This document shows positions 25,851-40,019 of a stretch of DNA of 64,000 bases, one piece after another. Each line of letters opens with the position of its first letter. Positions within the stretch are counted from its first letter, which is position 1. Below the pieces are notes generated by a model that did no database searches, was not told where the DNA came from, and worked only from the letters and a program-made list of their open reading frames with translations. This DNA comes from Octopus vulgaris (taxonomy: Eukaryota), in contig OX597832.1 in assembly GCA_951406725.2 (NCBI GenBank), positions 8,556,001 to 8,620,000 on the forward strand, read 5' to 3'. The position numbers and the translations under genes were made by a program.

Positions 25851-27317
25851 GACATATAAAAAAGGGGAATGTGTGAAAGAGAGGAAAAAATTGGTATGGA
25901 TAAGAAAGTGAAGTGAAGGAGCGAATCATCGATATAAATCTTTCGCCTGTAAAATTTTAAAAGTGAAGTGGAAAGTAGTATAATTTAAGACAAATAACTG
26001 TAGGGATATTGAAGTCCGAATTGTGCTTAATATTTTAAGGGAAGTAATTTTTATTATTCAGTAAAGGCCTGGAAATTTTGTTCAATTATGGTAAAGTTTC
26101 AGAAGATTAAGTCGGTTAAGCTTATTTATGGTAAACAAATTGAAATAGTTTTGAATGCGGTTAAGTATATGAGAAACAAGTGTAGGATTTAAGAAAAATA
26201 TAACTTACATACCAAATGTATAAAGAGGTAATATTTGAAGTTTTGCCCAGGAAATTAATAATACTCCCTAGGATATAATATTCTATTCTCCGAATATCGA
26301 TTAATTAAAGATGTTGGTAAAGAAATCAATTGAATTAATTGAAAATTGATGAAAAATTTTAATCAAGATTTATATGCTTTAAAAAAAAAGACAAAGAAAA
26401 TTATCAAAAAAGGAAAAACAAGTATGATGAAATATAGACCGATGGGCAATGATAAATTAAAATACATTAAGTCTAAAAGTACTGCATTGGTTGATTACAT
26501 AAACACACAGATAGATATATAGTATATACATATAAAAACAAACTAAATATATGAGTTATCAAATACAATAAAGTCAGTTGAATTAGTATAAAATAAAATT
26601 AGAAAAGTGCTTAAATGGAAATGTGATCACATTTTGAGGAGATCTTAAATATATTAATTTGACATAATAATGACGATGAAGTAAGCTTTTAAAATCACGG
26701 AAGTATAGTACCTGCAAATTAATTGTTTGTGGGTGAAAAAAAGACAAATTATTTATACAAACCGAAGGTACTAAATTATTCAGTTGTAAATAGATAGATG
26801 TGTTAACATGAGTAAAATCTGTATATGGAAGAGATCATTATTAAACAATACAAATAAAAGCCCATTCAGGTTATATGGTAGAAACACGGAGAACATCTTT
26901 CGAAAAAAATATACTTATTTCAAATTTTCGGCTACTAGGATGAGTCACAAATCGTATTAAATAATGAAAAAGAAAAAAAAAAAGTAAATGGGTGGTAGGG
27001 GACTCCACATCTAATACGCGGTTATGGGAATTTCTGTTAACTTATAGGTTAATTTGTGGCATGATGACTCTAGAAAAGTGTTTGTTTGTACTGAAACATG
27101 CAATTATGGAAACAATAGTGTAATTAGTATAAGTTCCATTCCAGCGATTTAGTATGGGAATTAGAATGAATAGGTCATCTACGTAGTTGGGAAATAAGGC
27201 CGCTTGAACTGCCGCATCACGTAATTTCGCTCTGAGTTGAGCTCTTCAGTGATAGTCATCCGATAACGTCATTACAACTGAATCTTCCGTCAACAATATA
27301 GAAAATATCAATATGGT

Positions 27318-27526
27318 CGAGGTAGCAGAATCGTTGTCACGCCGAATAACGTGATTAACGGCATTTCATGTCTTTATATTCTGAGTTCACATTCCACTGA
27401 GTTTCACCTTGTCTTTCATCCGTCTAAGATCGAGAAAATAAGTACCACTTGAGCAATGGTGTCGATCAAATAGAATTAGACTTGCCGCTTCAAGCGAAAT
27501 TGCTGGCGTCGTGCTTAAATTTAAAA
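27318..27526 (+). mobile_element. SINE (OR-like family)
   Basis: gcagaatcgtt..ttctgagttca.attcc..ctttcatcc..tcga.aaaataagtacca.ttgagca.tgg.gtcgat. Confidence 0.7.
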
Positions 27527-28064
27527 CTGACATGTAGAATATCAATGTCTTTTGAGGCCATCCTGCCGTTAATCGCCGGTGGGCTCATTAAAAAATTAAC
27601 AGCGACAGAACTGAACGTGGAGTTTGTGTTAAAACACGAACTACAGCATTATCTACCTTGCGTGGACATTTCATATGAACTCTTGGTGTATAAAAGCCCT
27701 CATATTTCAATAAGCCCATTGGCTATTTGTGACATCAGTGCTTGGATGTACATGGTTATCCTATATATCGTTGACAGGCGATTGCGCTGTTACCATGCTG
27801 CTGGAGACATGCCACTGAAGAGCTGTAAGTACAGCAAAAATTCGTGATCTGGCCATCCCGACGGTCGTAGGAACTCGTTCTCATCTGTCAATTAAATAAT
27901 TATGAGTGCTTTCATAAACCACGAGTCCTATGAGAGATCTTCTGAAGGCGAATTGCGCAGTATTCTTTATTCTAATACAACCTCAACGTTAAATTGCAGA
28001 TAATGATTAACTATCAATTATGAGTGTGTAGGTTTGTATATATTTTATTGTTGACTTTCTTCGG

Positions 28065-28450
28065 TCATTAGATTGCGGTGAATCTGGGGCCTTGGGGAAA
28101 TTCAGTGGAACCACGCCACCTCTCCAGTGGGAGGTTGTCAAGTGATGGTGGGGAACATGTGCAGAAACAAAGACACACCTGCACGCACACATCCACATGT
28201 GAACACTCACGCATGCAAATAGACATAGACACACACGCAAACGCATACAGATAAACACACAAACACAGACTCAAGCATACATACACAAACACACATCTAC
28301 GATGGTGATCTACCAGATTCCATCTATCAAATCCATTCGCAAGGACATGGCCCACGCGAGACTATAGTACAAAATCCTTGCCTCACGTGCCATGCAAAGG
28401 GATTGAATCCGGAACCAAACGTCTGTCCGCATATCCATGAGTGTGGCTAC
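28065..28450 (-). mobile_element. Degenerate tRNA-derived SINE with internal (CA)n
   Basis: B-box-like ggttccggattcaatccc on the minus strand at ~28399-28416. Confidence 0.5.
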
Positions 28451-28453
28451 GTA

Positions 28454-28502
<49 letters not shown>

Positions 28503-28746
28503 GCACAAACATATGTGTGCGTTTGTGCGTGTGCATGCACATGTGAATGTGTGTTTGTGTATAAAAATATGTGTATATTTTCTACATGCATGAATATGTT
28601 GATTCAGAGAACCATATAGTCCTTTTTCTATGAGCAGAAATGTAAGAATCCGTGATTTTATTTCTCAGTGAATTGGAAAGTCCTCGCTTGGTAAATTTTA
28701 GATTAAATTCTCCTCTTATTGTTTCTCGTATTCTGAAGGCGGCGGT

Positions 28747-28791
<45 letters not shown>

Positions 28792-28792
28792 C

Positions 28793-28832
<40 letters not shown>

Positions 28833-29382
28833 GAGAGAGAGAAAGAGGGAAATATAGAGAGATATAGAAAGAGAGATAGAGAGAGTGAAATATCTCAAAT
28901 AAATGTGTAGTATATATTTGTCTCGTATATCATTTTATTCTTCTACTTGTTTCACTCAGTTGACTGCGGCTCTGCTGGAACGACGCCCTAGATATTTACT
29001 AAATGTCTACACGTAATACATATTCATTTATATCAAGTAATAGGTGCAATTCTACATGTCATTCCAAGTGCATATAGTTATTTGTAAATCCGAGAAGACA
29101 TTTCTATTATGAAAAGGCGTATTTTTTCATATTCAAATGCCTACAATCATCCCAATAACTAACGGGCTCAATGCACAGTTGGAAAACTGAAAAACCTCTC
29201 ACCGCCACACTGTATCTTGTACATGAAAGGATATTTCTCTTTTTATACTTCCTAAGACTTAATAATTTCAACTTTTCAACAAGAGATCAATGCGACTTGT
29301 TTTTATCTAGTGTTCAATTACCCTCAATGCTGGGGTTACACATTGATCCAACGATTTTAAGAGAAGCAAAATTCGGTCTCTC

Positions 29383-29789
29383 TCTTTTTACTCTTTTACT
29401 TGTTTCAGTCATTTGACTGTGGCCATGCTGGCGCACCGCCGTTTGTCGAGCAAATCGACCCAAGGACTTATTCTATGCAAGCCTAGTATTTAATCTATCG
29501 GACTATTTTGCCGAACCGCTAAGTGACGGGGACGAAGCACACCAGCATCGGTTGTCAAGCGATGTTGGGGGGACAATCACAAACATATACACACCACACA
29601 TACATATATATATATATATACATATACGACGGGCTCCTTTCAGTTTCCGTCTTCCAAATCCACTCACAGGGCTTTGGTCGGTCCGATGTTATAGTAGAAA
29701 ACGCTTTCCCAAGATGCCATGCAGTGGGACTGAACCCGGAACCATGTGGATGGTAAGCAAACTACTTATCACACAGCCACTTCTACGTC
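29383..29789 (-). mobile_element. Full-length tRNA-derived SINE
   Basis: Minus-strand head with A box TGGCTGTGTG and B box GGTTCAGTCC; internal (TA/CA)n; tail tgactgaaacaagtaaaagagtaaaa; closely similar to 57147-57554. Confidence 0.88.
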
Positions 29790-29934
29790 ATTAACTTTTC
29801 TGTTGCTAATAAGTGTTCTTTCTTGTGTGCCTTGTGAGCTGCGTTAACTGTTACAATAATGAGCTCTGTAGAAATCGTGGATTTTTAAAATTTGTTTTTT
29901 TACAAATAAATAAGTGAAAACCGGTCCGCGATTA

Positions 29935-30072
29935 CATGGACTCCAGTACACAATTGGTGCTTATCTTATCGATCCTGAAAGGATGACTGGCAATATCGAT
30001 CACGGCGGAATTCGAACCAAGATAATATGGACTGACGAAATACCATAAAACAGCTTCCCCATCGTATTAACA
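29935..30072 (-). mobile_element. SINE fragment (OR-like)
   Basis: tatcgatcctgaaaggatga..ggcggaattcgaac. Confidence 0.6.
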
Positions 30073-30085
30073 ATTTATATATATA

Positions 30086-30257
30086 CTAGCATTAAAGACC
30101 CGTCGTTGCCGGGTCATAGTGCTAGTGCATGTATATATGTGTATATATATTGTGTACAATATATCAAGTTATATCTTGATATCACTAGTGATAACAATAC
30201 TCACACACAGACAGACAGACAGACATACACAAATTCTCAGTTTTATATATATAAAGA
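30086..30257 (-). mobile_element. Non-autonomous Helitron, 172 bp
   Basis: Minus strand: A|TCTTTATATATATAAAACTGAG..(TCTG)n..GACCCG-gcaacga-CGGGTC hairpin, 7 nt, CTAG|T. 5' TC, 3' CTAG, AT target, no TSD. Confidence 0.88.
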
Positions 30258-30295
30258 TATATATATATATTCATATATATACATATATATGTATG

Positions 30296-30327
<32 letters not shown>

Positions 30328-30334
30328 TACATAC

Positions 30335-30368
<34 letters not shown>

Positions 30369-30397
30369 GTATATCTTCATATATATAAATTATCACC

Positions 30398-30538
30398 TTT
30401 TATCAATTCAAAATGAAAAATTAAGTTACACCATCTGGAAAATTACATATAATAGAAATATTAAATTTTAAATCTTAAACACTGAATATTATATTTTCTA
30501 GATGGCGTAATTTAATTTTTCAATTTGAATTGATAAAA
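30398..30538. repeat. Inverted repeat with ~47-bp arms between TA tracts
   Basis: ttttatcaattcaaaatgaaaaattaagttacaccatctggaaaat versus the reverse complement of 30492-30538 (4 mismatches). Confidence 0.85.
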
Positions 30539-30674
30539 TGTGTTTTTTTCTAATTTATATATATATATATTATATTTTGTGAATTTTGATTTAGAATTTC
30601 TAAATTTAATTTTTCTCTTTAAGTTTGGAATAATATTCCCTTAAACTATTATTATATATATACATACATACATA

Positions 30675-30742
<68 letters not shown>

Positions 30743-31364
30743 TGCGTATGATTTTCGCCACTGAATTAAAAGAGGAAATGTGGTACAAAACGTTAGTACT
30801 TATAATTCAGGAATGCTTCAGGAGAATTGTGTAAACGCTTGTACATTAAAACTTCATTGACAAGTTATCTATGTAAAGAGAATAAAATTAGACATTGCTT
30901 AAGCTTAATGTTAGGCACTTATAATAAAAGAATCGAGTGGTTGGTTAGGAAGGAATTTCGCTGAAACATTTCAGATCCGCTTAAGCAGAGAGAATTTCTA
31001 TTGGTTTACGACAAAATATTCTTCTTAAGTTATAAAATATTCAGTGAAACCAATGTATTCTCAATTGACTCGAATATAATCGAAATAGAGAAGACTTTTA
31101 TTTTCAAAATTCATTAGGTACAACAGTTCTGTCTTTAAAGGGAATTAAAATTCTGTTGTAACATCGTAATAGCTAAAGGCAATTTTACGATTTTAGCCGT
31201 ACCGAATTCCAAATGTTACAACCATCAACATGTAAGGATATTGTACTTGATCCAATAAAAATAAATTCGTCGTGAATTACGGAAGAATTTATATTTAACT
31301 TGTCTGTAGAAAATAATCAGCAACATGCCTTCACTTTAGAAATTCTGAATTCAGAAATACTGAA

Positions 31365-31530
31365 TATTGGCACAAGATTACTAAGTTGTGCGAACGAGTA
31401 AGTCAAATACATCAACACTAGTACTTAATGTATCATCCCAGGCGGTATTTGAATTTAGAACATAGTAAAGACCGACGAAATGCTTGAAAGTGTCTTGCCC
31501 AGCGTGCTAAGCATTAAAGTTCGCCACCTT
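31365..31530 (-). mobile_element. SINE (OR-like), degenerate
   Basis: ttggcacaag..ggcggtatttgaa..gacgaaatgc..ttgcccagcgtgcta..tcgcc. Confidence 0.6.
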
Positions 31531-32599
31531 AGCACTTTGTAAATATTAAGATTTCTTGGGTCATTTTTTTTTCGTATTTATTACGCGGATTTATACTTTA
31601 CCAGTTTAATAACTTCATGTATCCAAGACCGAATGCTTTTACTACATCAGCCCTAACGTATGAACCTTGAGAGCATTCTAACACAGAGCAGTATAAAAAA
31701 GCGAAACACATCTAACCTTGCGACGATATATATTTTCCTCGGGAGGACAATGTACAATAACTAATTCATATGATTATAGCGACTAATACGTATATATCGG
31801 GATGGGATTCTAGGGCGAGGTAATGAATCCTGCTATGAAGGCTGTATGAAGGGTATATTTCAAAATGATACATTAAGGAGCTGTAATGAAAAATTAAAGA
31901 TGATAATCATATGTTGCTTTTCCTTCTGAAACTAAATTCTGGACTTGCCGAAGCAGAAAGAATCCATATCAAGGTAGAGTGGCATGACTAAAATTATAAT
32001 TCATCCTCTCCTTCTACACAGAATCACTACATAAGTGATTTAAAGAGTGAAGTACATTCATAGAAAGTTTCAAACTGAGTGTCGGTTTCAATATACCTAA
32101 AGATCTATCACTTTCCCATCTTCCTATACTAAATGTGTTCTTCATATCTCTTGATAGGTTCCGTATAATAAAGAGCAGCCTTATTTTCAATTCCCCTTTT
32201 ATATGCATTCATCATCATATACAAGAAAACTATGTCATTTTTCTATGCTGTTAATACATCTGAAGAAATGAATCTAATCACAAAAAAAAAACCAAATTTA
32301 TTTTTCTTCCTTTAATGCCACGCTAGTGTTAAGCATGGAGAAATAATCTACATATTCCTTAGCTAGAAATATCCATCTACTATGTGATTAGCTCCATTGA
32401 ACTCAGTGAAATGTCTACGTTCCATATATAAGGACATTGAATTGCATTTTCCATAACGAAGGTATGATTACACCTCAGAATTGCAGGCTGACTGCTTGAA
32501 TAATACGGTCGACGCTTCTGTGAAATGTCCATTTTTTATATTCTACCATAAAGAAAATACTTTTCTTTAACTACATGCAGCCTACTTCACTGTTAAATA

Positions 32600-32845
32600 A
32601 CGACCTTGAGCGGTATTAGCAGGAATGTGACAAGCATATCAAAGGGCGAAAATGAAAATATCGAAGAAGTGGCATATGGGCACAAGCAAATTCTCTGTAA
32701 TTATAGGAGCATTAAGAACATTGAAGCGTGACTCAATGCAGAAATTCAAAGGACTTACTGGTAAATCTGCTGTATGTGAATTTCAGAAGACAGTTTTCTT
32801 CAAAGTGATCACAAACACCGAAAAAATATTATCAATAAAACATAA
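32600..32845 (+). mobile_element. R4/Dong-like retrotransposon C-terminal fragment
   Basis: KWHMGTSKFSVIIGALRTLK..EFQKTVF..KILSI matches the end of the RLE domain (PVIIGALG..LQK..L.GT..ILR). Confidence 0.65.
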
Positions 32846-32910
32846 GAAATGCTTATAACTACAAATCTACTTTCATATTACAGAGAAGCTTTCTTTGTCA
32901 GAATGAATAT

Positions 32911-32991
<81 letters not shown>

Positions 32992-33279
32992 ATACACACA
33001 CAAACACACACACGCCATATGCATATTTATGTGGTTGTGTGAGTGTATTAACTTGTAAACACGATTTTTTCTCGCTGAAACAAGAATAGATACTGTAATG
33101 GTGATATGCAGTATGCAGTCAGACGAATTCCATCATTACTTAAGTGGTACTTCATAAAATCGACCTCGATTGAATTAAAACTGAATGTTATATAAGTAGG
33201 AATTTGACTTCATTAGGTAAACAGATAATACAAGTCTTTTACTAGACCCTGTAAGAATTCTGTGCGTTCACCTCCTTCA

Positions 33280-33332
33280 TAATAATAATAATAATGATAA
33301 TAATAAAAATATTAATAATAATAATGATGATG

Positions 33333-33374
<42 letters not shown>

Positions 33375-33529
33375 TAATAATAATAATAATAATTTCTTCT
33401 ACTATTGACACAGAACCTGAAATTTTATGGGATGGGACCAGTCGAGATTACATCGTCCTCAGTGTTTCACTGGTAATTAATTTATCGGCCCCCGAAAGGA
33501 TGACGCAGGCGATAATAATAATCATAATG

Positions 33530-33596
<67 letters not shown>

Positions 33597-33679
33597 CGAT
33601 GATAATAGTAATAATGATAATAATAATAATAATAATAGTAATAATGATGATAATAATAATAATAAAAATAATAGTAATG

Positions 33680-33720
<41 letters not shown>

Positions 33721-33747
33721 TATAATTATAATAATAATAATTATAAT

Positions 33748-33792
<45 letters not shown>

Positions 33793-33826
33793 TATAATAA
33801 TAATAATAATAATAATAATAGTAATG

Positions 33827-33861
<35 letters not shown>

Positions 33862-33951
33862 CAGAGCATCACAACAAATCACAGCACATACCCAAGGCAC
33901 ACAGAGCTGCGCTCGGTAGTGAAGTGAAAGCACGCTATAAAAATAAAACTA

Positions 33952-34032
<81 letters not shown>

Positions 34033-34085
34033 TATAATTATAATAATAATAATAATAATAATTATAATAATAATGATCATAATAA
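33280..34085. repeat. Long (AAT)n arrays with embedded SINE fragment (33395-33510) and retroelement 3' UTR (33861-33956)
   Basis: Seen directly; source of the poly-I/poly-Y ORFs. Confidence 0.95.
33861..33956 (+). mobile_element. 3' UTR of an R4/Dong-like element followed by (AAT)n tail
   Basis: cagagcatcacaacaaatcacagcacatacccaaggcac..aaaactactg-(aat)n; homologous to 36348-36417, which follows the coding end TAHILRKTL. Confidence 0.75.
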
Positions 34086-34089
34086 TATA

Positions 34090-34715
34090 AACCAGCTATA
34101 AATACCTGGGAATACTTGCGGCAGATGGAATCAAACACGACATGAAGGAAAAGACAAAAAGAGAGTGCCTGCAGCGACTGAGAAAAATATTGGTTTCAAA
34201 GCTGAATGTCGGAAACGATTTAAGCAATAAACTCGCGCGTATTCGTAGTAGTTCGGTATCGCGCTGGAATCCTGAAATGGATAGAACAGGGGGTAAAAGA
34301 AATGGACAGGGAGTCAAGAAAGCTCCTAACGATGCAAGGTCCTTGAAACACGTGCAAACACTGATCACCTATACATGAAGAGAGCAAATGGAGGAAAAGA
34401 ACTGATAAGTGTGGAAGACTGCGTGCATATCGAACTCGAGAACTTAATTAGATACCTAGTCCAAAGTAAGAAAATTTTGCCAGTGACAGTTAGGAACAGG
34501 GGAGAATGAAGGCTGAGAAAAAAGGAAAAAAAATGTACAAAAAGGTCAAGAAGAAGATTTTATGCAAGAAGTTACTACACAATTTCATATGACCACAATA
34601 CAAGTTCCTGGAAAATTGGGTGAGAGTGGCTGATGAAATGAACACTTAAAAAGTTCCCGTGTGCACTATACTGAGAGCGCAAGACCAAGCTTTGGCCACG
34701 AACTGGAGGGTCAAG
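34090..34715 (+). mobile_element. R4/Dong-like reverse transcriptase fragment
   Basis: YKYLGILAADGIKHD MKEKTKRECLQRLRKILVSKLN..DHLYMKRANGGKELISVEDCV; frameshifts and stops. Confidence 0.85.
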
Positions 34716-35664
34716 CACGAATCTTCGAGGTAGCCGAAATCCCCACGGATGTAGCGTTGCAGCCTCGCCTTACAAAACCAACTTCAGTTAATACCCTCCA
34801 GCGATTGCTCAGACCGATAATTTTATGCAATGTCTCTGGTTTAAATTGAGTTGAATTGTCCTGCCCAATTCGTTTTCTGAAATCTTTAAGTTTCCAGACG
34901 TGAGCTGAGATCTGCAAATACCACACATTTCACCCGTTCTCTCACCAGAAATTAGTTCTGGTAGCATGTTTGAGATTTTATGCGTATCCTTCTCCGTCCC
35001 AGGCATATGGCATCAATGTAAAATTACCCATTTCCTGTGGTACGGCAGAGTATTTCTTAGCTAGGGATTCTGAGTGAAAGAAAACTTCTACTTTTTCCAT
35101 TTACGTGATGCGTTCATAATACTCTCTTTGTTGTTACTACTTATATTTCCAACTTTGTTACTCGATATTTCTTGCTACTGCTGCTTTTGTTGTTATTGAT
35201 ACAGCGGCTATGTCTCGATTTGTATTTGAAAAAAAATTAAGGGGAAAGTAATAGCGGAAGACAATTTCATCTTCAAACGCTGCTCCCACCCTCCTTTGTA
35301 CTTGGTTCGGTTCGGCGATGAAGACAACTACATATTGAACATTTTCAATATCTGGAAAAGAAATTTATTCTTTCAAATTCTTTGCCCCGTAGCGCATTTG
35401 AAACCAACATTTGATCAAACCAATATTGTCCAGGTCAACTTGAAAACAAAATACAACAATAAGATTAATGAAATTAATCTTCTAAGACGGAAAGCAAAAG
35501 GCAGACATGTGGATCTTCAAACACACGATTGGTGGAGGCAATAAACAATAACATCAGCAACAACAACAACAACAACAGCAATAATACTAGTAGTAATATA
35601 AGTGCTGTGAGGGTTTTGTAGTTAAAAGAGTGCATTTGGCTTAACCTAGTGTTCGGTTTCTAAA

Positions 35665-36068
35665 TAACACAAAATTGGTATGAACACGAACTAGAAGATA
35701 TTACAGAAAAATATGAATTAAAGGAATATCATAAAGAATGAGCGCAGTATTGAAACAATAAAACTATTGAAACAAGAGACGAAAGAAAAATAAAGGATAG
35801 TGTAAGTTCAGAGACTTTGGAATTCCGTCGCATAATGCAGTTGATACAGAAGAAATTGAAACAAGTGAGAAATATTAGGAAAGAGAAGAGTGATCGATAT
35901 TCTGGAACAACATTTATTTCTGCGATTTTCGATACACTTGGTACAGCAACCTGGCTACTACCTAAAAGGCTGAAGCATATTGTAATTGGAACTCAAATGG
36001 TCGACCGACCTGCAGAAAAATGCAGTCCTATGTCGTGTTGGAATTCTAAGAAAGATTCTTGAGATTTG
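35665..36068 (+). mobile_element. R4/Dong-like restriction-like endonuclease region
   Basis: WYEHELED..IFDTLGT..LPKRLK..LQKNAVL..GILRKILEI*; its first ~95 bp recur at 36163-36270. Confidence 0.7.
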
Positions 36069-36134
36069 AAGAGATTTCTTACCAAAACACAAAATAGCAT
36101 TGCTGCTTATTAAATTAGCAGGTTATTATCTGAA

Positions 36135-36168
<34 letters not shown>

Positions 36169-36289
36169 AAAATTGGTATGAACACGAACTAGAAGATATG
36201 AGAGAAAAACATGAATGAGAGGAATGTTATGAGACCTCTCCATAAAGAATGAGCGCAGTATTGAAACAAGACATATACACACACACACA

Positions 36290-36616
<327 letters not shown>

Positions 36617-36989
36617 GCACTGAGGCCGTTCAACATACGAGAGCGATAAAACACTGCTCCAACATCTATCCAAAACTATTGGGAATACAGACAACAAATG
36701 GAGCCTAAAATAATGACAAAGTGTTGGACTATATCCGGTTAAGTAGTATTCATTTATTTCTATTTACCAAATGAAATGATGTATTTTAACTGTGTATCAT
36801 CTCCATTGATCGCGCAACACGTGACAACACGCTCGTCACATTACTATCCACATTACTCGCCACATTACTATCCGAACGACGATGCACACACAAAGATGAA
36901 AACTAAATTCAATCATAACGTATTATTCAAGTCAAAGATAACAAACGGGAAGTATGCACTTTAAACTTGTTACACAAAAAGTACGAAAG

Positions 36990-38012
36990 ACCACACGTGG
37001 AAATCCATTTAACAGCAAAATTGAAGGGACTGGTACCCTACGAAAATGATGACCATGAAAATAAAGGGCCGGACGTTATTCCTCATATCCTACAAATAAA
37101 ATCAATAAAGCATACGTGGACACGTGAAGAATATATTTCAATTTTACAAGTTCATTTTATAGTAGTGCTTTGCACACAGAAGAAAATACAACATATACAA
37201 TTTAAATCTGGAAGAAAGATAACCTATATAAAGATTTGGATGCAGCAAAGAACCCTAATATGCTAGCTAAGATACGTAGCTATATTCTCAACTCAAACAA
37301 ACAGAAAATATCAGAAATAGAAACAGAACACTTAAAAGGAAAAATACATCAGCAAATCCAAATAGTATCATAAGTACTGGGATTGTAAAATACGAAGACA
37401 TATACGTAACATGTCCAACAAAAACGAAGTAAGCAACGAAACACAACAAACCCGCACCGTAGAAATGTATAATGATATGCAAAATGCAACAAACCAGAAT
37501 ACCGATGAAGGTGAAACTAATGTTTATGATACTCCTGAAATGAGCATAATCAAAGAATTGAAAGCCACCGATCTCAGAGTGGATCACCGAATTTACGTCC
37601 CAAAAGTAAAAGTTGATAATAAAACAATATCAATAATAAATAGCGTCAACCTGACTGTCACAGAACTAATAGCCAAACTGACCATTGATATAGGCATACC
37701 AAATGACATGAATGTTGTGAGTAAAGAGGTTGAAAAAATCACCAAATACTGAACGGAATGCGAGAAGATAATGTGAAAGTGAAACCAGTGGTGATAAGAG
37801 CGTTGGGCTCAATCCCATTGAAACTTCAAGACTTCTGAAGGCAACTGGAGATCCCATGCAAGGTCGATGTCTTGCAAAAAGTAGCCTTATTGGGCACAGC
37901 GGACATCTTAAAGAAAGTATTATCTGATGAGGTCCTTGTTGAGACTTGACAGATGACTAAAAACTCTGGTACATTTTTACACTGTATTACGAAGGAATAA
38001 TAACAATAATAA
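36990..38012 (+). mobile_element. R4/Dong-like element, N-terminal part fused to C-terminal RLE end (internal deletion)
   Basis: KHTWTREEYISIL (N-terminal motif) ... then IDIGIPNDMNVVSKEVEKITKY..PVVIRALGSIP..VDVLQKVALLGTADILRKVLS, with an aat tail at ~37996. Confidence 0.8.
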
Positions 38013-38019
38013 TTCGCAA

Positions 38020-39570
38020 CAAGTGCAGGGGATGCAAATGGCGTGCCTCTCAGAGCATACAGAAAACGAATGCACAGTGAATGGAAGGAAATGTAACTAT
38101 ATGAATTTACTGAACAGTGGGTATCTGAGCAAGCAGATGGTTAACAAAATGAATGGTTAACAGAATTGGAGCTAGAAGCTATTGAAAGAAGGATAGCGGG
38201 TGAAGCTGCGCATGTGAAAAACGCAAGTGCTATAGAAATGGATAATTCTTTGCAAGAATATAATACCGTGAATTGTGAATGAATTGAGATCAGTGACTAT
38301 TCAAACAGTAAAGATCGATTAATAATAAACAGAATTTTTGATCTATTAAATACAGAAGTGTCAGAATTAATGAGGGTCTTTAAGAAGGTTAACGAATTGA
38401 GACTAAATCAAGAGACCAATACAGTCAATAATGTATTGATACACATTGAAACAAAGGCCATCAGACAGAAATAAATAATCTTATCAAGGTTGCTGGTAGG
38501 AGTATGCCGGAAAGGATAGGATTTTGAACTACTGAGAATAGAACACAGACTGATAGAAGAAGAAATAAACACCCGTGGTGGAAAAGGAGAATTTCTGAAG
38601 AGATAAACTCCTTGAACAGTGCGGTGTCAGTATTTGTCAGGAAAAGAAATGGAAAACTTAAGAATAATTGGAAATTCGAAAAATTTAGGGAGTATTATGG
38701 TGTAGATGCAAAAACATGAATATCATAATTGGAGGACTGAAGCAGCAAAAAAACAAAGCTAATTGAACAACGGATTAAGCAACACCAGCAAAGCAAATTG
38801 TTTAGAACTGACCAAAAAATATTTTACCAACAGATTCATGATGATAAAAAATGTGAAGGTTTAGCTGATGAAAGTCGACTTTCTGGGGTAAGATATGGAA
38901 TAAGCAAGAACAACATAATGCTACAGCTCAATGGCTCTGCAGCTTGAAGCAAACAACTTCTTATTCCCGACAAGAGGTGATCCGCTTCACAGAAGACTGT
39001 ATCAGAAATATGAGTAAACAGATAAGCTATTGGAAAGCAGCCGAACCTGATGGTGTATAGGGGTTTTGGATAAAAAGTTCAGTAGTTCTCATAAATTGAT
39101 CGCAGAGCAATTTAATGCATTGATCAATGGGGAACAAGAAATCCCGGGCTGGTTAACAAATGAACAAATGGTGTTGTTCCTGAAGAACGCATCAAAGGGA
39201 AATGCTGCTGACAATTGCAGACCAATTTCCTGCCTCCCATTAATGTGGAAGTTATTCTCAGGAGGGATTGCAGAAGAATTGCATAAAGTTCTTGATGAGA
39301 ACGTTATATTACTGCCCGAGCAAAAAGGCTGTAGAAGGAGGAAATATGGAAATAGAAAATAGGGAAATACAAGCATTTGCCTAAGAATGTATGACAACTG
39401 TTGAGGGTTTCTACAAAACTGATTCCAAATGTTATAGGTGCCCTAGGTACCGCCACTTACAGTTCCCTTTTTGAAATTGGTGTGACTACAAGAGTTGCAT
39501 TAATTTAAACATATGTTCTAATGGGAGCAGCAAAGAATGAAAAGAATATCCTCGAAAGCTAAGGAAACTG
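38020..39570 (+). mobile_element. R4/Dong-like ORF, N-terminus to RT, plus C-terminal fragment
   Basis: YRKRMHSEW, WLTELELE, PWWKRRI, LFRTDQKIFY, FWGKIW, WKAAEPDGV, NCRPISCLPLMWKLFSG..EQKGCRR; then PNVIGALGT. Confidence 0.9.
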
Positions 39571-39648
39571 GTCCTGGCCCAGTATGAAGGGACATAGCTT
39601 TCAAATACAAAGCATTCGTGCATAATGTGAACGCTACTACTACTACTA

Positions 39649-39731
<83 letters not shown>

Positions 39732-39751
39732 ATGATGATTTATTATTTTTC

Positions 39752-39948
39752 TTTCTACTATAGGTACAAGGCCTGAAATTTGGGGAAGGGGCTAGTCGAT
39801 CACATCGACTCCAGTGCGTAACTGATACTCTGAAAGGATGAGATGCAAAGTTGGCCTCACCGGAACTTGAACTCGGAACGTAACGGCGGGTGAAATGCTG
39901 TTAAACATTTTGTTCGGCGTGCTGATTATTCTGCCAGCTCGCCGCCTT
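39752..39948 (-). mobile_element. SINE (OR-like)
   Basis: taggtacaaggcctgaaatttggggaagggg..gaaaggatga..ttgaactcggaacg..ttctgccagctcgccgcc. Confidence 0.8.
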
Positions 39949-40019
39949 ACTACTACTAATAATAACGAAGTGTTCCGCACATGTTGCAAACTTTCCCATT
40001 AAAAGAAAACAAACATCGG

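Noticed and set aside
25950-26950. A-rich stretch resembling a decayed Penelope ORF N-terminus
   Set aside because: No diagnostic motif could be read with confidence.
27449-27847. 132-aa ORF
   Set aside because: Starts inside a SINE tail and has no recognisable domain; a minus-strand VNDI*DN cadherin-like hint is too weak alone.
33448-34138. Long poly-Ile/poly-Tyr ORFs (also 36307-36697)
   Set aside because: Translations of (AAT)n microsatellites, not proteins.
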